Source: Octopus vulgaris (lineage: Eukaryota). From it: a stretch of DNA of 64,000 nt. Shown in pieces: positions 38,861-52,451 of this stretch. The notes under the pieces are model-generated. The model was not told the DNA's origin, did no database searches, and saw only the letters and a list, made by a program, of their open reading frames with translations. The DNA lies in the NCBI GenBank assembly GCA_951406725.2, contig OX597814.1, forward strand, positions 24,180,001-24,244,000, read 5' to 3'. The position numbers and the translations under genes are program-made. The stretch's first letter is position 1. Every line of letters begins with the position of its first letter.

Positions 38861-38971
38861 CATTATTATAATATATATAACGTATAGATATAGATATTGA
38901 TATGAAAATAATGTTTGTGTCTGTATGTCAAGTCACTGTATTTACATCATGCATTTATGTGTGAAATAATA

Positions 38972-40240
38972 TCAGGTTATTAAGAATGAAATGTCCAATT
39001 TTCTTAAGCACCAATTTTGAGAGTTGTTTTTTATCCTGACAATTCTATGTTTTACAACATTGAAGAATTATGTCATCACTTTTCAAAATGAAATTCATGG
39101 TGTCTGATTATATTGTGAGTTTTCTCTTGTAAATCAAATTTTTAGAATCCATGGATAGATAAAACATTCGTGTTTATGAATATGAGTTCCATCATGGAAC
39201 CAATACATCCCAGACAGCTCAAAACATCAATGAAGTGTTTGGTGAAGATATAGCAAATGAGTGCACTGTACATTGATGGTTTGAGATGTTCCAGTCTGGT
39301 AACTTTACTCTTGAAAATCAACCCCATGGTAGATCTGAGACCAAGGTGGATAATAATGAGCTGGAAACTGTAGTGGAAGTAGATACATCTCAAACTATGC
39401 ATGAGTTAGCAGCAAGGTTTGATGTTTTGATTCTAACTGCATTGGACCATCTGAAACAAATCGGCATGGTAAAGAAGCTGGACAAATGGGTACCATATGA
39501 ACTGAATGAGCATCAAATGACACGTCGTCTTGAAACTTGCTGTTCTTTGCTGTCATGGCATAAAAGTGAACCATTATTTTTGCATCATATCGTTACATGT
39601 GATGAAGAATGGATTCTTTTCAACAATAGCAAGCATTCTGCATGATGGTTAGATAGTGACGAAGTGCCAAAACACAATTCAAGAAGGAATATTCAACAAA
39701 AAAAGCTAATGGTGTCTGTTTGGTGGTCCAGCACTGGTGTCATCCACTACAGCTTTATGAGACTTGTTAAATAAATTACAGTAGGTGTGTACATCAACCA
39801 ATTAGATGAAATGATGAGTGACCTTGCAATTAAACAACCAAGATTAATCAACAGAGACAGGCCAGTTCTCTTGCAACACAATACTTGACCACATGTTGCT
39901 CAGAGAACGCTACACAAGTTACAGGAACTGAACTTGGAAGTACTCTGTCATCCACCATATTCACCACTCCTTGCACCAACTGACTATCATGTTTTCCAGG
40001 CATTAGATAACATTTTGCTATGGAAAAAACTTCAACTCTGAAGAAGATACAAAGACAGCTTTATGTGATTTCATCTCCAGAATTCTTTGCTGCTGGCATA
40101 AATAAGCTACCAATGAAAGTGGCAAAATTGTGCTGATAATTTAAGTGTATACTTTGATTAACTGCATTGCTCTTTGTTGAGATAAAGTAAAATAAACTTT
40201 CTGATCGAAATCAGACATTTCATTTGACATAATGACCTGA
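38972..40240 (+). mobile_element. mariner (DD34D, Hsmar1/cecropia-like) transposon, defective; same family as 11028-12229
   Basis: TA at 38970-71 and 40241-42; TIRs tcaggttattaagaatgaaatgtcc / gacatttcatttgacataatgacctga. Motifs KLDKWVPYEL, IVTCDEEW and HPPYSPLLAPTDYHVF; internal stops. Confidence 0.94.
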
Positions 40241-41279
40241 TATAATGATATTTTTTACATTGGCCTGATAGAAAAAAAACAAAAACAAAAACAACTAAAT
40301 AACTTGGTTTATTATGGTAGTGTTCTTTTTAACCAAATCCAGTAAAAGTCTTATTTCATCAACTTGACTTAGCAAAATTTGAACTCCAGCATTAAATGAA
40401 CAAAACTAAATAAGGTGAGACATTTAGTTTTGGATTTACAATTTCTGCTACTCAACTAAATTTTGTTTAAATTATAAAAAGAAGCATTTTAAAATAATCA
40501 GATTTTGTATAGCCTTGCTATTAATTACTACAGCAGTTGTAATTGATTAGTGTAATCAATGAGGTTTAAATAAACATAATAACTGAAAATAATTGATTTA
40601 CTTTTTTGTTTCAGTCAGAACAAGACCTAATTTAATTAAGATTTTCGGCAATCTTGAATGATGAATTAATGCCAGTTGTTGTTATTTGATTCATTGCTAG
40701 TTCTGATTAGGTAATCTTATGGGTAAAATAAATTCCAGCCATGAGCATCCTGCTTTTTTATTCAGACATAATCTAGTTGTAAATACACCACCTTTTTTTA
40801 AGATGTTAGTGTTTGCTTTAATTTATCTTATCCACTACAGCTAAAGCTGCAATGAAGCACTCGCCTTCAATGTATGATAAGATGGACATATTTTATATGA
40901 TAACTTTTGTGGGCAAAGCAATCACGTAGAGGCTTTCAGGTGGTGTTGAGATGTTTACTTCAACATTATTTTAGCCTCAACAAAACGATTTATGTAACAT
41001 AAATAAATCTATATTGGTAAAATTGAATAAATGTAGAGGCAATAAATGCATGGATTAGGATAAAAACTATCTAAATTAGTTTTAATGTATTTTTGAATAT
41101 GAAAAATCTAATTACAAATACTTATGTCACGAGAAAAAGACATCTGTTTAATGTGGAGTGTATACTTCACTACCTTTGCTGAAATTGTTGATGAGAGACT
41201 CACTTACTAGATGTACAGTACTGTGTATAAGTTGTCATGAAATATTTGTATTTTTTAAATTTATAACATTAGGATTAAT

Positions 41280-41730
41280 TAGGTGTTATTGTATGGGGCT
41301 GAGAGATGGTGAACAACAGTTAAGTGAAATAAGTAAATGCAGTCATTCATCAACAAATGCTTGCGTAGTATACTTAAAATTAGATGGCCTGAACACATAA
41401 GCAATATGGAGCTATGGCAAAGAACTTATGAAGTTTCGATTAGGGAGCAAATATCTAAGAAGAAGTGGAAGTGGATTGGTAGCACAATTAGAAAAGACAC
41501 ACCAAATGCAGCGAAAAGTGCTTTACAGTGGAAACCGGATGGATATAGAAGGAAAGGTAGGCCTAAGAACTCGTGGCAGAAATCAACTCAAAAGGAACTA
41601 GAGAAAGGGGGACATTCATGGCAGAGTATAAGTGCAGAAGCCAAAAATTATGCTACATGGAATTCAACTATAAATGGCCTATGCTCCGCGTTGGAGGGTT
41701 AAAGGCATAAAGAAAGAAGAAAGAAGGGTT
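41280..41730 (+). mobile_element. RTE-clade LINE 3' end with (AAG)-rich tail
   Basis: QSFINKCLRSILKIRWPEHISNMELWQRT..KWKWIG..ALQWKPDGYRRKGRPKNSW..W..INGLCS. Confidence 0.88.
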
Positions 41731-43415
41731 AATTACTCAGATGTGCCTCATGAATGCAAAGTAAACTTCTTAGCTAGGCAACTATGCCTGAAACTATTTT
41801 CTTTATGCACACAAGTGTCATTAATTAAATTCAGTATTTTGTTGTTTTTTTTAAACATAGTAATTTTTTCTGAAACATGTATAATATTGTTATATGAATG
41901 TAGTATTCAACTTGTTGTTAGTTTGGTTAGTACAGAGAAACCTATACTTAACTGTAAAATTCTAATAAGTGAGAAATGTGTCTGAAATTCTCTTCTGTAC
42001 TTCTTTGTACACATTGGTAGATACTGAAGTAATGTTGCTCTCTCACAGCATAATTATTACTAATTAGATTTTTGATGCTGATTATATTAAATATGCTAAT
42101 GCTCACTTAACTATTACTTTTATATGGATGACATCTCTGAATAATTAACTCCAATGAATTATTTTAAATAAAGAGTGGGTTTAATTAAGGTAAGACTTAT
42201 TAGTCTATATGAGTTTATCATTTAAATCATTTTCTAAAATTTGATGACATTTTAATTCCAGTTTTTGAAAATTCAGACTAATTTGAAACAAACCTTCTAC
42301 TGGGAACTGATTCATATGAAGCTAATTTCTTATAAATTAGCTTTCCAGATGAAATCTATTTTGACTATAACTTCTTTACAAACATTTCATTTTTGGATTT
42401 GGTTTGCAAGATTTTTTATATGATTTCGTGTGTTGAAGCATATTCTGTTATGTCTGGGGAGAGTAATTTTCTTTTTGTGCCTTATAATGTAACACACTCA
42501 CCGGTAAAATTTCCACTTTTTTCTTATTTTTATTTTCCTAAAATTTTCATTGCATCTTTCAACCTTTTCAATAGTCTAGACTTCTTTACAAACAGCTTAA
42601 GTCTAACTAGAACAAGAGTATTCTCATTTGAGCTTTATATTATGATATACTACTGTATATACCCTTGTTCAACTCTGAATGATGAAATCTGCTTCATCAT
42701 ATATCTTGTCAAAAAGTTGTAATAACTTATTTTGCAGAGCACACACATGCATGCATGTGCACACACACATACATGCATATATGTGCATGCACACACACAC
42801 ACATGCATGCATGCACGTGCACACACACAAAAGAAACTTCGTTTTTGCTTTCTGGACATAACAAATTCATGGTTTCTCCACTTTAACAATTTTTAAAAAT
42901 TTAATTTCTAGTTGTTTGCATCATAAATTTTTTTCTCTTTAACTTCTATGTAATATATCTTATTGAATATGCTGCCTTATGCATAAAGTAGAAGAGATGG
43001 CACGATTGTATCATAAAACTGTAAGCAGATTCTTCCAGCACTGCTAAACCTACATCATCTTTTACTATAACTTCAATCAAAAGAGATTGTGGAGTCAGAG
43101 AAAGGAAGAGAGACAAAGGAGGGGAAGGAGGGAGGGATCCTCTCAAGTATATTTTATGGAGTATTTTTCAGTTATAGTTAAAATGCTTTTATTTTCTATT
43201 TTTTCTTTGTTTTATACTTTTTCCTGAAACTGGAGAAAAGGAAATTATTTTCAATAATGGAGGGTGCTTAAGTTTCAGTGAAACATCGTTATCCCTTTTC
43301 TGCTTATAATTTCCTCTGTGTTGAAGATGCAAAGATATGAAACATTTCCAGCCTCTTAGACCAATAAAGACAAAGAAGTGTAGTTAATTTCAGTCACATT
43401 TATTGCTTATAATTA

Positions 43416-43790
43416 ACTCTTTTACTTGTTCAGTCATGTGACTGTGACCATGCTGGAGCACTGCCTTCAGTCAAGCAAATTGACCCCAGGACTTATTCTT
43501 TGTAAGCCTAGTACTTATGCTATCAGTCTCTTTTGCCGAACTGCTAAGTTATGGGGACGTAAACACACCAGCATCGGTTGTCAAGCAATGTTGGAGGACA
43601 CAGACACACAAACATATACATACATATATACGATGGGCTTCTTTCAGTTTCAGTCTACCAAATCCACTCACAAGGCTTTGGTCAGCCTGAGGTTATAGTA
43701 GAAGACACTTTCCCAAGGTGGCATGCAGTGGGACTGAACCTGGAACCATGTAGTTTGTAAGCAAGCTACTTACCACACAGCCACTCCTAC
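43416..43790 (-). mobile_element. SINE family C, full length
   Basis: Reverse complement of 13413-13852. Confidence 0.88.
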
Positions 43791-44679
43791 CCCTGTATCT
43801 TCTGAAGTTTTTGTGAGAAGCAAAATATAGTGAGGGTGGCAGTTTAAAAGGAATGCAGTTTCAGAGAAGAAAGAATGAATGTAGATTCTTGCAAAGGCAC
43901 ATGGTATAGTAATTATGCTGTGGCACTCATGATTGTGACATTGTGGTTTAAATTTTTGAACCAGGTGGGGGTGTTGTAATCACGAGCAAAACATTTCATC
44001 TCACATCCCTTTGCAGTCACTTCAACACCTGATGTGATACGTTATGCACCTGTCCAGGCAACATCGATTTAATGAGGGAGTGGGCTAATGTACAGCACAT
44101 GCATATGATCATTATATACCAATCATTTGTGCCAATTGTATAGCAAGAAATTTCAGAACCATCTTTCTTGGAGTACAAGGGACTATCATCATCATGTTAT
44201 TTATAAGATGATGGAAGTAAAACAAGCAAGTATATCACCTGAGTTTAGGTAACACTTTTCCCCTTTAAACAGCAATTTGGAAGCTAAGAACATTGTAGTA
44301 ATCATAGAGAAAAAGAAACAGAAAGTTTCCCTTTTCTACATATAATTCCTTCTGTGGTAGAGGTGCAAATGTAAAGCTGGCTAGATTTATGTTAGTTAAT
44401 GTGGTTTTGTTTACTAGACTCTGTTATGTTTTGATTTTTGGCAATTCAACTGTGAATGCATACTGCAGCAACATCAATCCAATATTTGTATAAATTATAT
44501 AATTCAGTGTTGGGAAAATTCATGCATTTTATTGAAAGAAAAATGGAGATAAAGTATTTTCTGAATATCTTGGTGCCTAGGTTATATGCGCAATATGCTT
44601 AAAAAACTCTTGGGAAATATTTAGGTTTCTATCCTACACCATCTTACTCTATTGGCATCCATTTAACTATCATATTGCA

Positions 44680-45530
44680 AATATCAAAATTTTAGGCTCA
44701 CGCAAAATTATCAAAAGCAAAATGCAACCTAACTCATTTAAAAAAATATTAACCAGCACAAGACTATATCCATTAACAACAGAACCAAAAGTGAAAAAAT
44801 GTGGTCGACCTAACTGTGGTACATGCCCCCACCTTTTGGAGGGTTCAGAGTTCCACTTGAAGCAAGGTAAAATATTTAAGATTAAATCAAGTTTCACCTG
44901 TGCCTTGGAATATCTAATCTATGCCATGACATGCTTCGGGTGTGGTAATAATTATATTGGCCAAACAGGAATATCACTCAATTGAAGAACCAGTCTCCAC
45001 AAAGAACAAATCCACCATGCACAATACAGACAGATACAGGTTAGTGAGCACATAGAAAGGTGTGCTAAGAATCTTAATCCTAATTTCCTAATTTTCCCCT
45101 TCTATCAATGTTCACAGAACACCTCAGTACAACAAAGAATGAATAAAGAGGCAACTTACATCAAACATAATACAGAACACTACTAAGCTTTCAATTAATA
45201 CCACTAACCCCCATACATCCCATACACCATTCACATTACAGATCTATATCTACCCTAATTGCCCCAAAGCTAGAACTACTTACCTCCCTTACCCATAATC
45301 TTTTTACTCAGGGACTAGTAGACCTGACACCATTCAATAATCAGTGTGCATTCAAAGCAATTATTAGTAATTTTATGAAACCGGTATGCTTTTAAATCTC
45401 TTTAACAATTCACAATAATGACTGTTATTCCTTTTATTTCTACCTCAGTTCATCTAATTGTATATATCCATCGTTATTTTTCATAAAAAGCGCTTACTTC
45501 TTTGATTTTCAATGTGCATTTTCACTTATT
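44680..45530 (+). mobile_element. Penelope-like element 3' part: GIY-YIG endonuclease ORF (one internal stop) plus terminal region with degenerate hammerhead
   Basis: KKCGRPNCGTC..FTCALEYLIYAMTCFGCGNNYIGQTG..LHKEQI..VSEHIERC..FPFYQC..RMNKEATYIK, with TGA at 44983-85. HHR-like motif at 45354-45392. Confidence 0.9.
45354..45392 (+). ncRNA. Degenerate minimal hammerhead ribozyme motif downstream of a PLE ORF
   Basis: aaagca-ATTATTA-gtaattttat-GAAAC-CG-GTA-tgcttt: perfect 6-bp helix I and palindromic ACCGGT; the CUGAUGA box is mutated at 3 positions. Confidence 0.6.
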
Positions 45531-46618
45531 TTTCTTCTTACTTTCCCCCTACACACACACACACACACATACACACACACATATGTTTTCTCTTTGATCA
45601 TGATTCTGCCATTCTAGTGAGAAAACTAAGTATAAGGTATAAAAATTTTCATGGTTATTTTAATGTTTGTTTGAATTCAATCATTTATATACATGTGTGT
45701 GTGTGTGGTTTACTTACGAAATAAGTTGTCAGTTTCTGTGAGAGCCATTACTAAAGATTTTCTACTTTTCACTTTGAGTAGTTACATACTTGTGTCTATC
45801 CAACTACTTTTAAATGAAATAATAAACTTCAGATATTTTGGCATGTCCCTAATTTGCTGTATTGATATGATGTAGTAAGATGTAAAAAAATTGCTATTGT
45901 GAAGCATGTGCATGTGTGTAAATGTGTGCAAGTACATGTGTCAATGCATATGCCTTTTAAAATTTTACATGCATGTGTGTAAACAGTGATATATCTTCAT
46001 TAAAAGTGAAACATGACTTTCCTGTTCATTTACAGTGACAAAGAAAATCTCTTTATATAAGTTTTGGATTAGTATATTCATAATTTAAGCTTTCAAAAAG
46101 TAGCCTGCATTTTCATTCTTGCTCCAGCTATAACTAACTTCGATCTTCTTTATTCTTAGTTACATAATTTCTATTTTAAAAAAAAGTTTATTCCTGTCTT
46201 CTGCTTGATAACAAAGTTTCCCTTAACTTATATATTGCTTTTTCTTTTAATTCTCTTCCAAGGGCAGAACAACACCAGTAATTATAGATTAAACATACTG
46301 TAATCAACCATTATTTCAGTCTAACAATTCTTTATACCTAATGTTATATCTAACAATAAAGACCAAACTGTAATATTATGCATGGTTAATTACCATAAGA
46401 TCAAAGCATTGTTTAAGATCTAACAATATTTCACATCTTTAATGTTAGAGTATCCAGTAATTGGAGAGGCCAAAATGTCAAGTAATTCTAGCTGAGATGA
46501 AAAAAATAAAACCTTTATGCACTATGTAGATACTATTGCACAAAGGCAAGTGTAGTGTGTATGAAATGCCAGAACAGTTGATCTGATGTCTTGAGATAGT
46601 AAGAAAGGTGATTATAAC

Positions 46619-46649
<31 letters not shown>

Positions 46650-48403
46650 CAATTACATTGAACATTCATTCTGAATTGTTAAAACATTAAGCTATTATGT
46701 GATTACTTATATCTGGGTATTCATTTTAATCAATTGTGTGATTCAATCAGTTGATATCCCTTTCATCTCACAGAGGCGTGCTAAATTGTAATCAATTGCA
46801 TGTCATTCGCTAATGATAGGTTGATTGACTTCAAGAGAGTATATACGTCTCTTTTTCACTATTCAAAACTGCAACCTTAAACCTGCATTGTCTTTTCAAT
46901 GTTAGAATATATTTCAATCTTGAATAAGTGCTAATAATATAGATATAATCATAATACCTTAAAATCCTATACATATCATGTTTACTCTGATCTCATAGCT
47001 ACATTATTCACACTCTTTATACTCCATCATACCTAGATAAAAGCCTTCCAGCTGGCCCAGTAGTTCATTTTTGTGAACACTATAAAATGATACGTTATAT
47101 AATGTAGTTCCAGTTACCTCTAAATTGAGGATGGTTATGGCTGGAAGGCTTTTGATTATAGGGCTATTTTACCAGGACTGACTAGGGCTAAATAACTTTA
47201 ATTTTGTCTTTTAAACATACTTTTCCTCTTTTACTTCTATTACAAAAATCTCTGGTGTTTGTGCTTGAGGAGACCTACTGAATCAAGTACATCAACATCA
47301 AAAATCAAATGGAAATTGTAGTTGTGATGCCTGTGCCAGTGGCACGCAAAAAGTACCATTCTAACATGTCCGGTGCCAGTGCCACCTTGACTGGCTTCCA
47401 TGACGGTTGCATGTAAAAAGCATCAACCGATTGTGGCCGTTGCCAGCCTCGCCTTGCAGCTGTGCTGGTGGCATGTAAAAAGCACCCACTACACTTATGG
47501 AGTGGTTGGCGTTAGGAAGGGCATCCAGCCGTAGAAACACTGCCAGATCAGACTGGAGCCTGGTGCAGCCTCCTGGCTTCCCAGACCTGGGTCGAACCGT
47601 CCAATCCATGCTAGCATGGAAAACAGATGTTAAACGATGATGATGATGATGATGTATGTAAACAATATCTAAATCTGCATAAAGCATCTGTCTTTTGTAT
47701 TTTATTACATTTGTATCACATCTATAGTCTCAAAATTCTAGACAGTGTTCTACATACAGCCAATATTTTTTCCCAGGTCTGAACACTCCTGTCTATATTT
47801 CATACTTAATCATTAACATAAAATTTCAAAATTAATAACTTCAATTAATCTTAGCAACTTGTCCTCTTTTAAGGTGCAATTTTAAGCATATATATATACT
47901 CGCTGACCCTGTGCCAAAAAAATGATGGCTAGTTGTAGTATTTTATATATAAATAAGTTATAAAAAAAGGTACATAATAATCACAGATATATTCACATAT
48001 ACTAAAACTGAGTTGAAACGCTGATTTTTTACCCCTTCCTTCCTTATTTATCTACCACCCCTTCCTTTCTCCATTACTATTACTTTCTCTCACTCTCTCT
48101 CAGTCAGGGCTATTACTCTCACTACTTCTCCTTCACTAAATTACTATTTTCTCTCCTCTCCCTTCCTTTATACTACTCTTCCTCATACTCAATCGTACTC
48201 CTACTCTGTGATTTTGGACAAATATATATGGCGGTGCCCCAGCATGGCCACAGCTCGTGAGCTGAAACTAGATAAAATAAAAAAAAAATATATATATATA
48301 CAAACATATAGAAACACTATGCTCATTATTATATTAGAAGGTTACTTCCCAACTTGAAAATAATTTTCAAGAAAAAAAACTCAAGAAAAATCATACCTAG
48401 AAG

Positions 48404-48799
48404 TTTTCCTTGTTTCAGTCATTCACTTGTGGTCATGTTGGGACACTACCTTGAAGAATTTATAGTCAAATGAATCAACCCCAGTACTTATATTTTGTTT
48501 AACCTGGCATTTATTCTAACAGTTTCTTTTGTTGAACTACTAAGTTATCTGGATGTAAAACACACCAACACCAGTTATCAAGTCATGGTGGCAGACAAAC
48601 ATAGACACAACGACATGCACACACATATATGACAGGCTTTTCTCAGTTTCTGCTTACCAAATCTACTCACAAGGCTTTGGTCAGCAAGGGGCTAGGCTAC
48701 AGTAGAAAATACTTGACCAAGGTGTCACACAGTGGGACTGAACCCAGAACAATGTGATTGGGAAACAAATTTCTTATCACACAACCATGCCTGCACCTA
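48404..48799 (-). mobile_element. SINE family C, diverged
   Basis: Same modules as 43416-43790. Confidence 0.8.
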
Positions 48800-49742
48800 T
48801 GAACTCGTAAACAATTTTCTAAAAAAAATTAATGCAAACCCCTAAACTTGTTGTCAACCATTACAGTATTGAAAATACGTTAAAGGCAATATGTTTCATA
48901 CCAATCACATTTCAACTTATCAATATTAAGACAAAAACTATAAATGTCCACCTACTTTATAATTTTATCTCTTTCCCAACACAGAGGGTACAGGCTGGAT
49001 TCCATATAACCATGTGTACTAAAGACCTGCTTTCCAGCATCTAATCACTTACTGTCTAGAACTTTCAGAAATTAGAGTTTTTAAAAATTAGAGTTGCATT
49101 CCATGGAATCAAACAAAGTCTCATCTCTTGAATTAGAAATATTATTATAAATTCTTATTTTGCTCCATATACTGATTTATATTCTATCATCTCATAGAAT
49201 GTAAATCAATATTATAATTTATGCCTCAAATGTGAACGACTTTATTATTCGTTAACTGTATCTAATTCTCTCTTCAAAAGTTAAATTTTGTGAGCAGTTT
49301 ATATTCTCATTAGATTATATTGAAACTTTATGCAAATATCTGAATTTGTAAAACTGCTTGTGCTATCATAGTGATTATTCCCATTTGCATCCAACAAGAG
49401 AATATGTGCATAACTGAATTATTATTAATATTACTATGGTGGGGTAGAGCCTCAAGCAGCAGAATTGTTCCCTTATTGAACAAAATGCTTAGGGACGCTT
49501 CATCTGGGTTTACATTCTCAGTTCAAGTTCTGTCAAGATTGACTTTACTTTTCATCCTTTTAGAGTCAATAAAGTAAGAACAGTTGAGCAGTGGGGGTTG
49601 AAGTAACTGACTTGCCCCTCCCCCAGAATTGCTGGCCTTGGGCCAAAATTTGAGACCAATCTATGGTGGTAGATTAGCTGAAGCATTAAAGTGTTGGACA
49701 AAATGCCTTGTAATACTTAGCTTGGGCTCTTTGGCTTCAGAG

Positions 49743-50563
49743 TGTGCAAACAGCCATGCTACACAGCAGTGAAACATGGGCTGTGACTGCTGAGAACATG
49801 TATAGGCTTGAAAGGAATGAAGCTAGTATGCTCCGCTGGATGTGTAATGTCAGTGTGCATACAGAACAGAGTGTAAGCACCCTGAGAGAAAAGTTGGACA
49901 TAAGAAGCATCAGATATGTTGTGTAAGAAAGACGACTGCATTGGTATGGTCATGTGTTGTGTATGGATGAGGACAGCTGTGTGAAGAAGTATCACACCCT
50001 AACAGTGGGAAGCTGTGGAAGAGGTAGACCCAGGAAGACATGAGATGAGGTGGTGAAGCACAACCTTTGAATGTTGGGTCTCGCAGAGGCAATGACAAGT
50101 GACTGAGACCTTTGGAGATATGCTGTGCTTGAGAAGACCTGGGAAGCCAAGTGAGACCATAGGCGTGGCCGATGCCGGTGTCACATAACTGGCCCATTTA
50201 AAAGTACCCTTCAATCGTTGGCCAATATTTTGTGCTTGAGAAGACCTGTTGAGTCAAGTAAAATCACAGTTGTGGTCAATGCCAGTGCTGCCTGACTGGT
50301 ACCCATGCCAGTGGCACATAAATTGCACCATTCGAGTGTGGTTGATGCCAGTGCCGTCTGACTACCCCACCCCATGCCAGTGGCACGTAAAAGCACTCAC
50401 TACACTCTCAGAGTGGTTGGTGTTAGAAAGGGCATCCAGCTGTAGAAACCTTGCCAGATCAGATTGGAGCCTGGTGCAGCCTCCTGGCTTGTCAGTCCTC
50501 AGTTAAACCATCCAACCCATGCCAGAATGGAAAGCTGCCATTAAACGATGATGATGATGATCA
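49743..50563 (+). mobile_element. RTE-clade LINE 3' end: ORF C-terminus, 3' UTR with internal tandem units, and (GAT)n tail
   Basis: AMLHSSETWAVT..RLERNEASMLRWMCNV..RLHWYGHV..GRGRPRKT; continues into gtgccagtggcacgtaaaagcac units and ends aaacgatgatgatgatgat. Confidence 0.88.
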
Positions 50564-51768
50564 GGATGATCACGATGATCATGAAGATGATGATGATAAT
50601 ATATATATACATATATATGAAATGACATAAATACTAGTTGTTTTTAATTTTATTTGATAGCCTGTTTTATAATAAAGATAGAACACTTATGCTGCTGTAT
50701 TCTCTTCTTATTTTTCCATGCATTTTCTCTTTTTCTAGCATGTTGAGATATATAATAATATAACATGGATATGTATAAGTTATGATGTTTGAAATATTCC
50801 ATGAAGGTGAACGTTATATCCTTTTGAAATCCAATACAAAAGGAATTTTGCACAATAGCATCAAACTACAATATGTCACTATATTTATAGAGTATGAATA
50901 GGTTAGTTTTATTTTCCATTAGACAAAATTAAAGTAAAATCTTTCAGATATTTGTATGCTGCTACACCCTTATTAGGACATTGTTAAAAGGTCTCTGGTT
51001 TTTATTGATGTTAATTCATATTTTAGTTTTATTATCTGCTGTGTACTGAAAAAAAAAACAGCATCAATGAACTCGTGTATACAAATTGTAATATTTACTA
51101 AGAAAAGAAAAATGTTCCTCTAGTAAAAATATTGATTCAAAGGTGAAAAGGAGCAAATATAAAGAGATTTTCTTTTTCTATTCAATCTTGCTTAAAGATT
51201 AATACTGAAAATATGATAAAGCATTTAAAAAATACAGTGGGAAAATATTTCTAAAGTCAAGTCATCCTTCGTATTGATATCAGAAAATGAAATCATAAAA
51301 TAACTGCAATAACAACTGCATAGGATATTCAGGAAAATTTTACACCTTGTTGTAAAGATCAGTTGGGAAAATCATCACAAAGCCATAATCAAAGGTCAGA
51401 CTTCAAATTAGCAACAGCAGAGTATGTTCAGAAAGGAAATGAAAATGGAAATTATCGCAGTGGATTGAATTCACCATAATTATCAAAGAAGCACAGTGGA
51501 AGCTATATAAGATCAAAGAATCATCAACACTAGCATTGTTGTTAAATCCCATTAGTAGTCTTAGTTCAGACCTCTACCTTGTATATCTAGGGATTCTTAA
51601 GTAGGTTAGATTTGACATCAATGCTGTCTCGGAAGACTGGCAAAATAGGAAAGGATATTATAACAAGTGTTTAATAAGTGAAAGGTTCAAGGTCAAAGTC
51701 CCAAACAAGATTTTTATTTGTGAAAATGATCAGTATCTTTATATGCATGTGCATATGTGCTATTGTGT

Positions 51769-51808
<40 letters not shown>

Positions 51809-51954
51809 ATATGTGTGTGCTTGTATGTGTTTAAAGTGAACTTGCTATAAAATAGATGAGAATTTCTGCTTGGACATATTGTTAAACTAGTGTTTGTGAG
51901 TTTGGGATGCTGGTATTATTACATCTAATACTGATGCTTCTGTCACCACTTCTC

Positions 51955-52064
51955 TGCTACTACCATTGCTGCTGTTGTCGCTGCTTCTGCTGCTGCTATG
52001 ACCCTGCCTTCTCTTCCTTCTTTTCTGCCTCTTCTACTGTCTCCTCCTCCTCCTCCAACTGCTA

Positions 52065-52126
<62 letters not shown>

Positions 52127-52182
52127 GCCGCCACCATCGCCACCACTGCCACCACCACCATCAACAACAACAGCAATGATAA
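51955..52182. repeat. Compound trinucleotide microsatellite (GCT/CCT/ACT/ACC/AAC)
   Basis: Directly visible; yields poly-A/P/T pseudo-ORFs. Confidence 0.95.
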
Positions 52183-52451
52183 TCGTTTCTAATTTAGATG
52201 CAAGACCATCAATCTTTAGAGGAGGGGCTGGCTAATCTCATTGCTTTCGGTACTTAACTGGTACTTTGTTTTATCAACCCTGAAAGAATGAAAGGCCAAG
52301 CTGACCCTAGTGGAATTAGGACTCAGAATGTAATAAAAAACAAGAAGGAATACCTCAGAGTATTTTGTGTGGTATTTTGCTAATTCTGCCATCACCCCAA
52401 TAATAATAATAGTAATAATAATAACATTAATCATAACAGCTATCTATCTAT

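Noticed and set aside
51324-51479. 51-codon open stretch after catAG
   Set aside because: No polypyrimidine tract and no recognisable homology; expected by chance.
51943-52192. Poly-Ala/Pro/Thr ORFs resembling a transcription-factor low-complexity region
   Set aside because: Pure compound trinucleotide repeat, open on both strands, with no splice signals or domain.
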